From: Candidatus Aminicenantes bacterium
Lineage (GTDB): Bacteria > Acidobacteriota > Aminicenantia > Aminicenantales > Aminicenantaceae
DNA length: 64,000 nucleotides
Reading direction: 5' to 3'
Assembly: GCA_016927475.1 (NCBI GenBank)
Contig: JAFGMO010000082.1
Coordinates: forward strand, 13,564 to 77,563
Notes under the pieces: model-generated
The model's database searches: none
What the model was told of the DNA's origin: nothing
Seen by the model: only the letters and a program-made list of their open reading frames with translations
Program-made: the position numbers and the translations under genes
Shown here: piece after piece, positions 20,898-29,625 of the stretch
Layout: each line of letters opens with the position of its first letter
Position numbering within the stretch: position 1 is the stretch's first letter

Positions 20898-22328
20898 TCA
20901 ATGGAAGACGATGGCTTCGAATACGTAGATTTCAGCTCCCCTTCTCCAGGCTTCGGAGGGAAGGCCGGCCTTGAGGCAGGCCTGGCGGAGAAAAACCTCA
21001 CGCGACCAGTTCTGTTCCACGGGGACTTGCGGAAGAAGAAGGCCCCGCTTGTTCCCTTGGGCTATAACCAGTCCGTGTTTACCAACCTGAATACGGGAAG
21101 GGTCATGGATTCGTTTTAGCGTGGTAAGAACGGAAATTTCGATCTCCAAGCTTTCCAATTCTTTGGGTTCGACAGGAGGAAATCTTCCATCCTGCGTGGC
21201 GGCGTACACGGCTGCTTGGATGATGGTTTGATAAAGCGGCGCCACCGGTTCGATGAAACCGATGCAACCCCGAAGCTGTCCTCGTTTTTTTAAAGTGACA
21301 AAAGCTCCGCATTTTGTCAATAACTGAGGATTTTTCGTTTCATAGTTTATGATTTTTTTTTCACGGACATACTCATTGATGGCAAGACGGGCCAGGTCGA
21401 GAAGAAGTTTTTTTTCTTGTGCGGAAAGAGAAAAATCCTTTTTCTCCTTCGCATCACAAATGGCGCCTGAGAAATATCCGACGACGTTGTCCGCACCTCC
21501 ATATCGAGAGGAGTCTCCATAAGCCAGAATATCAACCTTTGGAATACCGGTTTTTTTAACATAAAGAAGAGAAGAAACGACGGCGCCCCCGCCGCACATG
21601 ATGTTTTCACGGGCTTCAAGTTTTTCAATAAGGGCGTTCGTTTTCAATTCTTGAATGAGGGATATGGTCTGTTGGTCCACCTTATTAGCCGTATTTTTTG
21701 GGAAAAAATGAGACATGTCCGTTGATGCGATAACCAGCGTGTTTTTATCCGGAAGTATTTCGGCAAGAGCTTCAGCGAGAGTTACGATAGTTTTTCGTTG
21801 GGGAATACCCATGACAATAGGAACGATTTTTGCTTGAGGAAGAGCTACCTGAATGAACGGGACCTGGACTTCGATGGAGTGTTCTTCCCGGTGTGCTTCG
21901 GGGATGTATCCGTATCCGGTTTTTTGGGAGATGGATTCCGCCAGTTCGTTATCGACCTCAATGACGCCCAGGGGGGTTTCATATCCGCCCTTTTTGTAGA
22001 TTGAACATCCGGTAAATCCGAAACGGTGAGAAGGACCGATGATGACAACCGAATCAACGTTTTTTCCCATAACGGATTGATATGCCGTAGCAGCGATGGG
22101 GCCTGAGTATATATACCCAGCGTGGGGGATAATCAGGGCGCGTATATTGGCAACGCGTTGGGCGTGTTTTTGGGCCTCCTCGATGTATTTATTGATTTGG
22201 GTGGTGAGCTGTTTAGCATTTTCCGGGTAAAACTGGCCGCTCCAAACGGATTTCCGTATTCCCTGGCTGAATCCGGTACAGGCGATCAATAAAAAAAGGA
22301 GGATTCTCTTTTCGACGTGTTTGCTCAT
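20898..22328 (-). CDS. AmmeMemoRadiSam protein B (MEMO1) - protein A (AMMECR1) fusion
   Basis: PHAGYIYSG, GPSH, EHSIEVQ.PF, STDMSH; C-terminal GAFVTL...LRGCIG, D.RF, GLLLPQV. Confidence 0.9.
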   Translation of the reverse strand: MSKHVEKRILLFLLIACTGFSQGIRKSVWSGQFYPENAKQLTTQINKYIEEAQKHAQRVANIRALIIPHAGYIYSGPIAATAYQSVMGKNVDSVVIIGPSHRFGFTGCSIYKKGGYETPLGVIEVDNELAESISQKTGYGYIPEAHREEHSIEVQVPFIQVALPQAKIVPIVMGIPQRKTIVTLAEALAEILPDKNTLVIASTDMSHFFPKNTANKVDQQTISLIQELKTNALIEKLEARENIMCGGGAVVSSLLYVKKTGIPKVDILAYGDSSRYGGADNVVGYFSGAICDAKEKKDFSLSAQEKKLLLDLARLAINEYVREKKIINYETKNPQLLTKCGAFVTLKKRGQLRGCIGFIEPVAPLYQTIIQAAVYAATQDGRFPPVEPKELESLEIEISVLTTLKRIHDPSRIQVGKHGLVIAQGNKRGLLLPQVPVEQNWSREVFLRQACLKAGLPSEAWRRGAEIYVFEAIVFH

Positions 22329-22476
22329 TTTGTTCCTCTTTTTTGACCTGAATTTTTCAGGATGACTTATTCACCCCTAAATATAATGTACACCCGGGAA
22401 AAAATCAAACTGCATGCTTTAGGAAAATATTGACTTTTTTCTTTAATTTAGGTAAAAAATGATAAGGCAGGAGAGA

Positions 22477-22593
22477 ATGAGGAAGATCATAAAACCATTA
22501 ATTGCAATAATTGTTGCGGGATCGGCATTTTTCTTTGGTTTTTATATTGGGCAGGAAAAGATAAAGACAAAGATACCTAATTTTCAGGATTAG
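22477..22593 (+). CDS. Unannotated 38-aa single-TM small protein MRKIIKPLIAIIVAGSAFFFGFYIGQEKIKTKIPNFQD
   Basis: AGGAG RBS; TTGACT-N17-TAAAAA upstream; fills the intergenic gap; basic-hydrophobic-charged layout. Confidence 0.6.
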   Translation: MRKIIKPLIAIIVAGSAFFFGFYIGQEKIKTKIPNFQD

Positions 22594-22621
22594 GTCTAAG
22601 AATCATATATCCGGGTTTTCG

Positions 22622-23329
22622 TTAAAGGAAACCCGGATTTTTTTTTAGGAATTCGAAGAAATAGTCAGATATCTCGGGATGACTTTTCCAGTTTCTAAAC
22701 GTCATTTCTGTCCAATCACCATTGGCATACAGGATCTTCATCCTTTGGAGTCGGCTCAAACTACCCACATCGAACTTCAGGCTCAGGAAGGAATATCCGG
22801 TGCCCGGTCGCGGCTTGATCTCTAGACGGGAGGGGCCCCCTCTATCCTCAAGGAGTTGGATGAAAAAATCTTTTTTAAGTTCTTCAGCATTTCTACTGAA
22901 TACGGGAGGCAAAAAACGGGATAAGCGGCTGTCCGTTCCCGTCTGCTTGAATTCAAAAATCTCCACTTCTTTCAGATCGAGGTCTTCCAGCCAGATTTTT
23001 TCACCGTTACAATAAATGATGAGATTTTCTCCCCCGCTATGCTCCATTCGAAGATAATGGGGTTTTTTGAAATATAATTTTCCTTCCGTGACTATCTTCT
23101 CTTTGAGTTGGGAAATCTGTTTGGTCTGAGTGAAGCTGCAGGAAACGGTGTCGGTTTCATTGAATTTTTCCTCGAGCTTGGAAAGGATTTTTTCCACTCT
23201 TGGGTCTTCCGGACCTGCATGGAGTAGAGGATATCCCAGTGATAAAAAAAGAAGCATGATCGGGATCAGATACTTTTTTGATGGCGGCCTATGATTAAAA
23301 ATTTGCCTGACCTCCATGAGGATTATCAT
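22622..23329 (-). CDS. LolA-like outer-membrane lipoprotein carrier
   Basis: FTQ...GKLYFKKP..LRME...IYCNGEKIW..D.DLKEV; start uncertain. Confidence 0.75.
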   Translation of the reverse strand: MIILMEVRQIFNHRPPSKKYLIPIMLLFLSLGYPLLHAGPEDPRVEKILSKLEEKFNETDTVSCSFTQTKQISQLKEKIVTEGKLYFKKPHYLRMEHSGGENLIIYCNGEKIWLEDLDLKEVEIFEFKQTGTDSRLSRFLPPVFSRNAEELKKDFFIQLLEDRGGPSRLEIKPRPGTGYSFLSLKFDVGSLSRLQRMKILYANGDWTEMTFRNWKSHPEISDYFFEFLKKNPGFL

Positions 23330-23339
23330 TTTATAATGT

Positions 23340-23461
23340 TAGCCTGGTTATTTCCAGTCAGCCAAAAATATATTGTTTCGGTCTGTTCACGGTGCCGAGC
23401 ACAGCTTCACGGGCTAACACCTCATATCTGTGGTAACCTTGACTCGTGAATAATACAGGCT
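23340..23461 (-). mobile_element. Miniature inverted-repeat element, copy B
   Basis: Right end GTGAATAATACAGGCT, degenerate left end TAGCCTGGTTATTTCC; internal homology to copy A. Confidence 0.65.
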
Positions 23462-23465
23462 GGCA

Positions 23466-23494
23466 TTGACGAAATATCCGGCCGGTTTTATAAT
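23466..23494 (+). promoter_or_regulatory. Sigma70-type promoter
   Basis: TTGACG-N17-TATAAT, 33 nt before the ATG at 23528. Confidence 0.75.
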
Positions 23495-23527
23495 AAAATT
23501 CAATTATTCTTTTATCGAGGTAAAACT

Positions 23528-23839
23528 ATGAATTGGGGCTTATATGGATTTCTTTTTGTTTTTGCGATGTTTATCTTGCTCATGCTCATTAATCCCAATC
23601 TCTCATGTTTTGGGAAGAGAATAAAATCTCCGTTATATCCTCTCTTTCGTAAGAAAAAAAAGCATCGGAAGACAGAAGATTACGGATTCAAACTGGTGGA
23701 AGGGAGTCCGAAGAAACAGGTAGCGGTGAGAAAACCTTCGACCGAGCAAGAAAGCAGAAAGGTTGAAGACTACGGATTCAAGCTGTTCGATGAAGAGGAA
23801 GGCCGGCATGAAAAAAAGGGGAAAAAGGGGGAGAATTAA
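23528..23839 (+). CDS. Hypothetical membrane-anchored protein with duplicated RKxEDYGFKL motif
   Basis: GAGG RBS, N-terminal TM helix, internal repeat. Confidence 0.7.
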   Translation: MNWGLYGFLFVFAMFILLMLINPNLSCFGKRIKSPLYPLFRKKKKHRKTEDYGFKLVEGSPKKQVAVRKPSTEQESRKVEDYGFKLFDEEEGRHEKKGKKGEN

Positions 23840-24524
23840 TACCCTTCGGCCGGGAAGCCTCGTCGTTTTGATTGCTTCCTGGCTGTTGATACAAACCGCC
23901 TGTGTTCCTTCCCGGATTCTTTTATCTCCTTTACCACAGAGTATTGAAAGCCTGGAAGGTTATGCCTCGATCAGGATATCCGGTAACGGCGTAAAGAACA
24001 GGGCCAAGTTTTCATTTGTTTTCAGGTTTCCCCGGGAAGGAAAGATTCAGGTAAAAAACGTTATCGGGAAAACGCTTTTTCAAATCCTTATTAAGAACCA
24101 GGGATCCTATTTTATTCTTCCCTCCAAAAGAGTTTATTGGCAGGGGGACCAGGAGGACCTCATTGAGAAATTTCTGGGCTTCAGTCTGAGCATGGCAGAG
24201 ATGGCAGGATTGATGACGGGAAATTCTTCTGTCTGGCAGAGAGGTGGAATTTCCGCAGGGTGGGAGATCGAAAAAGATGCCTCAGGAAAAATACTTTCAG
24301 GGGAAAGGAAAAATTTCCGTTTTCAGGTCAAAGAATATATAAACGGGACTTCAGCAGTGAAAGAGCTGGAATTCGAACATGACCGGGGCGAAGGATGTTT
24401 GAAAATTCTCCAGATTCGTTTCAACGGAACGGTGCGTAATGAGATTTTTTCGGAAAAGTTTTTGGTATCTTTTAACAGAAAAACATGGCCTGAGATTGAG
24501 CGTTTGTTGAACAATGAAAAGTAA
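23808..24524 (+). CDS. Lipoprotein, LolB/DUF4292-like
   Basis: Lipobox IQTAC; occupies the lolB position immediately upstream of ispE; start uncertain. Confidence 0.55.
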   Translation: MKKRGKRGRINTLRPGSLVVLIASWLLIQTACVPSRILLSPLPQSIESLEGYASIRISGNGVKNRAKFSFVFRFPREGKIQVKNVIGKTLFQILIKNQGSYFILPSKRVYWQGDQEDLIEKFLGFSLSMAEMAGLMTGNSSVWQRGGISAGWEIEKDASGKILSGERKNFRFQVKEYINGTSAVKELEFEHDRGEGCLKILQIRFNGTVRNEIFSEKFLVSFNRKTWPEIERLLNNEK

Positions 24525-24674
24525 CCTGCATTATTCGTAAATTTGGCCGACATTTTCTTGACAACGGTCATAGAAAATGTTTCATTATCAGTATTGCCAT
24601 AGAATACGTTTAAACGACACATACTATTGAAATTATCTATTGGTGTCGGCCAAATTTACGAATAATGCAGGTTA
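24522..24674. mobile_element. Miniature inverted-repeat element, copy C (perfect 31-bp inverted termini)
   Basis: TAACCTGCATTATTCGTAAATTTGGCCGACA (24522-24552) is the exact reverse complement of 24644-24674; TA at both outer ends; no ORF inside. Confidence 0.88.
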
Positions 24675-25531
24675 AATCTTTTGCTAAAGTCAATCTGGGT
24701 TTAGAGATCCTTGGAAAAAGGCCTGACGGCTATCATGATATTCGGACATTGTTCCAAACCGTAAACCTGTACGATATCCTTGAATTTGAAATTTTACCTG
24801 AAGACAAAATTCTTCTACACGGAAACGATAGATCCATCTCTTGGGGAGAGGACAATCTTATGTTCAAAGCATCATCTTTGCTTAAAAAGGAGACAGGTGT
24901 TTTAAAAGGAGTAAGAATTCGGGTTGAAAAAAACATTCCCGCCGGCATGGGACTCGGGGGGGGGAGCAGCAATGCAGCCGTTTCTCTTTTGAGTTTGAAT
25001 ACGTTATGGAATCTCGGTCTGAACAGGAATGATCTTTTGAAATGGGCAAAAAAATTAGGCGCTGATGTCCCCTTTTTTCTCTATGGAGGATTCTGCCTCG
25101 GCCTGGAAAGGGGAGACCGAATCCTAGAGAAAGAGGATCTCGATGACGTCTTTTTTTTGTTGGCCCTTCCGGATTTTTCGGTCAGTACAGCTCATGTTTA
25201 CAGAAGCCTCCCCATGTCCTTGACTTCAGGAGATAAAGGCAGTAAAATTAACGAGTTTTTAACGAATTTTGACTTTGGATTACTGGAAAATAGACTAGAA
25301 AAAACCGTTTTCCGACTATATCCTCAACTCAAAGCTATTAAACGCTTGATTCAGGTTCAGGAACCGGAGCTTTTACTCGTTACGGGCACGGGTTCCGCTA
25401 TAGTTGGTCTTTTCCGGAAAAAGGATGAGGCGGAAAATGCGGGAAAAGCGATAGAGAAAAAATTTCCATATCGAGTTGTTAAGTCGATTTCCCGGAGCGA
25501 GTACTGGAAAGGAGTTACTATTGGGGTGTAG
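24665..25531 (+). CDS. ispE: 4-diphosphocytidyl-2-C-methyl-D-erythritol kinase
   Basis: AKVNLGL.I.GKRPDGYH, KNIPAGMGLGGGSSNAA, LGADVPFF. Confidence 0.96.
   Translation: MQVKSFAKVNLGLEILGKRPDGYHDIRTLFQTVNLYDILEFEILPEDKILLHGNDRSISWGEDNLMFKASSLLKKETGVLKGVRIRVEKNIPAGMGLGGGSSNAAVSLLSLNTLWNLGLNRNDLLKWAKKLGADVPFFLYGGFCLGLERGDRILEKEDLDDVFFLLALPDFSVSTAHVYRSLPMSLTSGDKGSKINEFLTNFDFGLLENRLEKTVFRLYPQLKAIKRLIQVQEPELLLVTGTGSAIVGLFRKKDEAENAGKAIEKKFPYRVVKSISRSEYWKGVTIGV
25220..25248 (+). promoter_or_regulatory. Internal sigma70 promoter within ispE, likely driving tRNA-Gln/prs
   Basis: TTGACT-N17-TAAAAT. Confidence 0.55.
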
Positions 25532-25593
25532 CCAAGCGGTAAGGCAGCGGACTTTGGATCCGCCATTCGGAGGTTCGAATCCTCCCACCCCAG
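25522..25593 (+). tRNA. tRNA-Gln(UUG), CCA not encoded
   Basis: Acceptor stem TGGGGTG/CACCCCA, anticodon arm GCGGA-CTTTGGA-TCCGC, T-arm GGAGG-TTCGAAT-CCTCC. Confidence 0.97.
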
Positions 25594-25643
25594 TTTAAGG
25601 ATAAAATCCTTTTTATCATAGAGTGCCGAGGAGAAGCGAAGGT

Positions 25644-26588
25644 ATGGATAAGAATACAATGAAAGTATTTTCAGGATCCTCAAACAAACCTTTGGCTGAG
25701 GAGATCGCCGGCTATTTGAAAATCAACCTGGGCAAATCCACCTTGGAACGTTTCAGTGATGGAGAGATCCATTTTTTCATCGATGAGAATGTCAGGGGTG
25801 AAGATGTTTTTGTGATCCAGTCGGGAAGTTATGACGCTAATTTCCACATGATGGAACTTTTTGTCATGATAGATGCCTTAAAAAGGGCTTCTGCGGAAAG
25901 GATCACGGCTGTTGTCCCCTATTATTGCTATGCACGCCAAGATTGGAAAGACCGGCCGCGGGTTGCAATCTCCGCCCGTTTGGTTGCTGATCTTCTGGAG
26001 GCGGCTGGAGCGGACAGGGTGTTGACCATGGACCTTCATTCTCCTCAAATTCAGGGTTTTTTTTCTGTCCCCGTGGACAACCTTACGGCAGGGCCTGTAC
26101 TGCTTAAATATGTCAAAACACTGGAGCTGCAAAATCTAGCAGTGGTATCTCCTGATGCCGGAGGAGTGGGTCGAGCCCGGTATTTCGCAAAAAAGCTTGA
26201 GGCCGGTTTGGCCATAATTGATAAAAGAAGACCTGCTCCCAATGTCGCCCAGGTTCACAATGTTATTGGAGATGTAATGGATAAAGATGTTGTTATCCTG
26301 GACGATATGGTCGATACTGCCGGAACTCTTGTGCAAAGCGTTGAAGCCTTGAAAAATGAAGGCGCCAAAGAAATATTCGCAGCATGTACTCATGCCGTTC
26401 TTTCCGGACAAGCGCTTAAGAGAATCAATATTTCCCCCATGGAAGGATTGATCGTAACGAATACGATTCTTTTGGACAAGAAAAAAGAAGCCTGTGAAAA
26501 AATCCGTGTTCTTTCTGTTGCCGGGCTATTTGGGGAAGCGATTCGAAGAATAAATCGAGGGATGTCCGTCAGCTCGTTGTTTGAATAA
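25644..26588 (+). CDS. prs: Ribose-phosphate pyrophosphokinase
   Basis: FSDGE, YARQD, VSPDAGG, DDMVDTAGT. Confidence 0.97.
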   Translation: MDKNTMKVFSGSSNKPLAEEIAGYLKINLGKSTLERFSDGEIHFFIDENVRGEDVFVIQSGSYDANFHMMELFVMIDALKRASAERITAVVPYYCYARQDWKDRPRVAISARLVADLLEAAGADRVLTMDLHSPQIQGFFSVPVDNLTAGPVLLKYVKTLELQNLAVVSPDAGGVGRARYFAKKLEAGLAIIDKRRPAPNVAQVHNVIGDVMDKDVVILDDMVDTAGTLVQSVEALKNEGAKEIFAACTHAVLSGQALKRINISPMEGLIVTNTILLDKKKEACEKIRVLSVAGLFGEAIRRINRGMSVSSLFE

Positions 26589-26601
26589 AAAGGAGGAAGA
26601 C

Positions 26602-27273
26602 ATGGGCTTTTTGATCAAATGTGAACGAAGAAATGATTTTGGAAAAAATGCGGCCCGAAGGTTGAGAAGAGAGCAGATGATCCCTGCTGTCCTCTATGGA
26701 AAAAAAGAAGAGAATGTTCCCTTATCCATTAATAAAAAGGACATTTTCAACATATTGAAATCAGAGACGGCCGAGAATACTATCTTCAAACTGGATTTTG
26801 ATGCAGGGAAAAAGGATGTTATGTTTAGAGAACTGCAAAAGGATCCGGTTACCGATGAAATTCTCCATGCAGACCTGATTCAAATTGCCATGGACAAGCC
26901 TATCCAGATTTCCGTCCCGGTGTTAACTGTTGGTGAAGCCGTAGGCGTAAAAGCCGAAGGAGGATTTCTTGATTTTATAACCCGGGAAGTGGAACTTGAA
27001 TGCCTGCCGAAAGATATCCCCGACCATATTCAGATTGATATAAGCAGTTTACATATTGGCCAATCCCTCAAGGTGGAAGACCTCGATCTGCCTCAGGTAG
27101 TCAGTTTGATAAGCGAACCCAATGTAATCCTGGTTAATGTTGAGGCTCCTCATAAGGAAGAAGAAGTTGTTGTTGAAGAAGAAGAAGAGATCATCGGAGA
27201 AGAAGAAGAACCCGAAGTCATAAAAAAGGAGAAAGAGGAGGCGGCGGAAAAGGAAAAGAGTGTGGAGGAATGA
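26602..27273 (+). CDS. rplY: 50S ribosomal protein L25 (Ctc form)
   Basis: GKNAARRLRR...PAVLYG, Q.DPV...HAD; AGGAGG RBS before the ATG at 26602. Confidence 0.95.
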   Translation: MGFLIKCERRNDFGKNAARRLRREQMIPAVLYGKKEENVPLSINKKDIFNILKSETAENTIFKLDFDAGKKDVMFRELQKDPVTDEILHADLIQIAMDKPIQISVPVLTVGEAVGVKAEGGFLDFITREVELECLPKDIPDHIQIDISSLHIGQSLKVEDLDLPQVVSLISEPNVILVNVEAPHKEEEVVVEEEEEIIGEEEEPEVIKKEKEEAAEKEKSVEE

Positions 27274-27276
27274 TCG

Positions 27277-27852
27277 TTGTGGGCTGTTGTTGGCCTGGGA
27301 AATCCCGGATTGCGTTATGCCCATACAAGGCATAATGTCGGCTTTGCCTTCATCAAAATGCTGGCCAAAGATTGGAACATTCAAACAAAAAAAAGGGCTT
27401 TTTCCAGTAAAGTGGGAGAAGGAGAACGAAAACGAGAGAAAATTTTTGTAGCGATGCCTCAAACCTACATGAACAACAGCGGATTTGCTGTTAAAAAAAT
27501 CGTGGACAACAGGAAAATCGAGAAGGAAAAGTTGATAATTATTTATGATGATCTTGACATTCCATTGGGCGAGATCCGGGTCAGAAAAGAAGGAAGCGCC
27601 GGAACTCACAAGGGTATGGATTCCGTCATCAGGGAACTTAAGATAACGTGTTTTCCTCGAATCAGAATCGGTATCGGGCCTTCATCACCCGTAAAGGACA
27701 CCATAACATTCGTTCTTTCTCCTTTTGATGAAGAGGAAAAACCTCTTATTGATGAAGGGCTGAGGAAAGCCCGGAACGCTTTGGAAATGATATTCGATAG
27801 AGGAATCGAGAACGCTATGAGCGTTTTTAACCAAAAAATGGAGAGAATATAA
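27277..27852 (+). CDS. pth: Peptidyl-tRNA hydrolase
   Basis: VGLGNPG..Y..TRHNVGF, PQTYMNNSG, GSAGTHKG. Confidence 0.96.
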   Translation: MWAVVGLGNPGLRYAHTRHNVGFAFIKMLAKDWNIQTKKRAFSSKVGEGERKREKIFVAMPQTYMNNSGFAVKKIVDNRKIEKEKLIIIYDDLDIPLGEIRVRKEGSAGTHKGMDSVIRELKITCFPRIRIGIGPSSPVKDTITFVLSPFDEEEKPLIDEGLRKARNALEMIFDRGIENAMSVFNQKMERI

Positions 27853-27895
27853 AATCTCCAAGAAAACATTCAATCTGATGTGGACAGATTGAAAT

Positions 27896-27955
27896 GAAGC
27901 CCTCCTTGTTCCTTCACTATTGAGGGAGGGGCTTTAAATCCGAAAGGAGGAGACT
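27896..27955 (+). promoter_or_regulatory. S6:S18 ribosomal leader (autoregulatory RNA) upstream of rpsF
   Basis: CCTCCTT (27901-27907) can pair with AAGGAGG (27944-27950); apical hairpin; unpaired CCG (27940-27942) just before the RBS. Confidence 0.7.
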
Positions 27956-28375
27956 ATGCGTCAGTACGAAACTGCATTCCTTGTTTCCCCAAAACTTGAG
28001 GAAGAAGAAATCAAAGCCACCATTCAAGAGACGGCTGATATCGTCTCTAAGAAAAAAGGAAAGATAGTCAAGCAAGACATTTGGGGCAAACGGAAGCTGG
28101 CTTACCCCATTAAAAAGCATGAGGAAGCCTATTATGTTTTTTTCACCTACGAAGGAGAGGCCGATATACCGGCTGAGTTGGAGCGACGTTTCAAACAGAG
28201 TGATAAGATCATCCGCTATCTGACGGTGAAGAAAAGCGAAAAAGAAAACATTAGAAGCAAAAGAAAAAAGAGCAAAGTTACGCGCAGAAAGACATCATCC
28301 GTCGAGAAACCGTCCCCGGAAGTCGAAAATGAAGAGAAATTGTCCCCCGAAAAAACCGATGAGGAGAAAGAATAA
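27956..28375 (+). CDS. rpsF: 30S ribosomal protein S6
   Basis: [22 protein letters not shown]. Confidence 0.96.
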   Translation: MRQYETAFLVSPKLEEEEIKATIQETADIVSKKKGKIVKQDIWGKRKLAYPIKKHEEAYYVFFTYEGEADIPAELERRFKQSDKIIRYLTVKKSEKENIRSKRKKSKVTRRKTSSVEKPSPEVENEEKLSPEKTDEEKE

Positions 28376-28632
28376 TGATGAAAAATCCGAGAAGCGAAAA
28401 AGGCGGATACAGGCGATATTTTTCTCCAAAAAAGAAAGTGTGCCGTTTTTGCCAGCGGAATGTCAGAGAGATTGATTATAAGAACGTCGACCTTCTCAAA
28501 AAATATGTTCCCGAAAGGGGAAAAATCTCTCCTCGCCGGGTCACCGGAACCTGCGCTTTTCACCAGAGAAAACTTTCTGTGGCCATAAAAAGAGCAAGAC
28601 TGCTGGCATTGCTCCCTTATGTTGAAGATTAA
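28375..28632 (+). CDS. rpsR: 30S ribosomal protein S18
   Basis: KVCRFC...IDYKN..LL, GKI.PRRVTG.C..HQR, AIKRAR.LALLPY. Confidence 0.97.
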   Translation: MMKNPRSEKGGYRRYFSPKKKVCRFCQRNVREIDYKNVDLLKKYVPERGKISPRRVTGTCAFHQRKLSVAIKRARLLALLPYVED

Positions 28633-28656
28633 TCCCTTTTTGAACAGGAGGAACAA

Positions 28657-29472
28657 ATGAAGATCATTCTGAAAGAAGACATAGAAAACCTCGGACGCAA
28701 AGGGGATATCGTGAATGTGGCATCCGGATATGGACGTAATTATCTTATCCCTCAAAAAAAGGCCATTCAAGTCACGCGGTCCAATTTGAAAATGATTGAG
28801 ATCGAACAGCAGGCTTTAAAGAAGAAGATCGAACAAGAGAGGCTTTCTTTTCAGGACCTCATTAACAGCCTCAACGCTACAACATTGACGTTCAAGAGGA
28901 AAGCGGGCGATAAGGATGTTATCTTCGGTTCTGTCAGCGTCACAGACATTAGGGAAGAATTGGACAAAAAAGGTTTGGAAATTGAAAAAAAGAAGATCGT
29001 TCTTGAAGAACCCATAAAAAGGTTGGGCAACTACACCGTTCCCGTGAAAGTTTATCATGATGACCGGGCGGAGATCAAGGTGGAGGTTGTAAGAGAAGAG
29101 GAAGCCGCAGCGGTGAAAGAAAAACCCATTCCAGAGGTGAAAGAATCCCCTTCAAAGCCAGATGTTTTAGAAGAAGAGGAAGGGCCGGAGGTAAAAGAGG
29201 AGGAAATACCGGCTGCCCTTCCTCCGGCCGAAGAGAAAGGGGAACTCGTTGAGACCAAACCTGAGGCCGAACCTGAGGAAAAACCTGAAGAGCCGCCGGT
29301 AAAAGAGAAGGCAAAAGAAAAAGAGGCCGTAGGCGAAGAAAGCGAAGGAGATAAGGAAGAGGCGGAGGAAGAGAAAGAGGATAAGACAAATAACATAAAT
29401 CAACCAGAAACTGGCGATACGAGCGGGGAAGAAGAGAAGGATAAGCAGGAAGAAGATAAAAATCCCGATTAA
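28657..29472 (+). CDS. rplI: 50S ribosomal protein L9 with long acidic C-terminal extension
   Basis: MKIILKED..NLGRKGD.V.VA.GYGRNYLIP, IFGSVS; about 125 extra Glu/Lys/Pro-rich residues. Confidence 0.95.
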   Translation: MKIILKEDIENLGRKGDIVNVASGYGRNYLIPQKKAIQVTRSNLKMIEIEQQALKKKIEQERLSFQDLINSLNATTLTFKRKAGDKDVIFGSVSVTDIREELDKKGLEIEKKKIVLEEPIKRLGNYTVPVKVYHDDRAEIKVEVVREEEAAAVKEKPIPEVKESPSKPDVLEEEEGPEVKEEEIPAALPPAEEKGELVETKPEAEPEEKPEEPPVKEKAKEKEAVGEESEGDKEEAEEEKEDKTNNINQPETGDTSGEEEKDKQEEDKNPD

Positions 29473-29625
29473 AAATTCTCCTTCTGGCTTCACACAGATG
29501 AAACATTTTTGATTTTTTAGATAATTTGGATTAAATATCTGGAAAATGAGGTGTGTCTCAGGGTATTATATAAACATTCGGGGACAGACTCGAAAAAGAT
29601 TGATCTGTAAAAAGAGAGAGGCATT

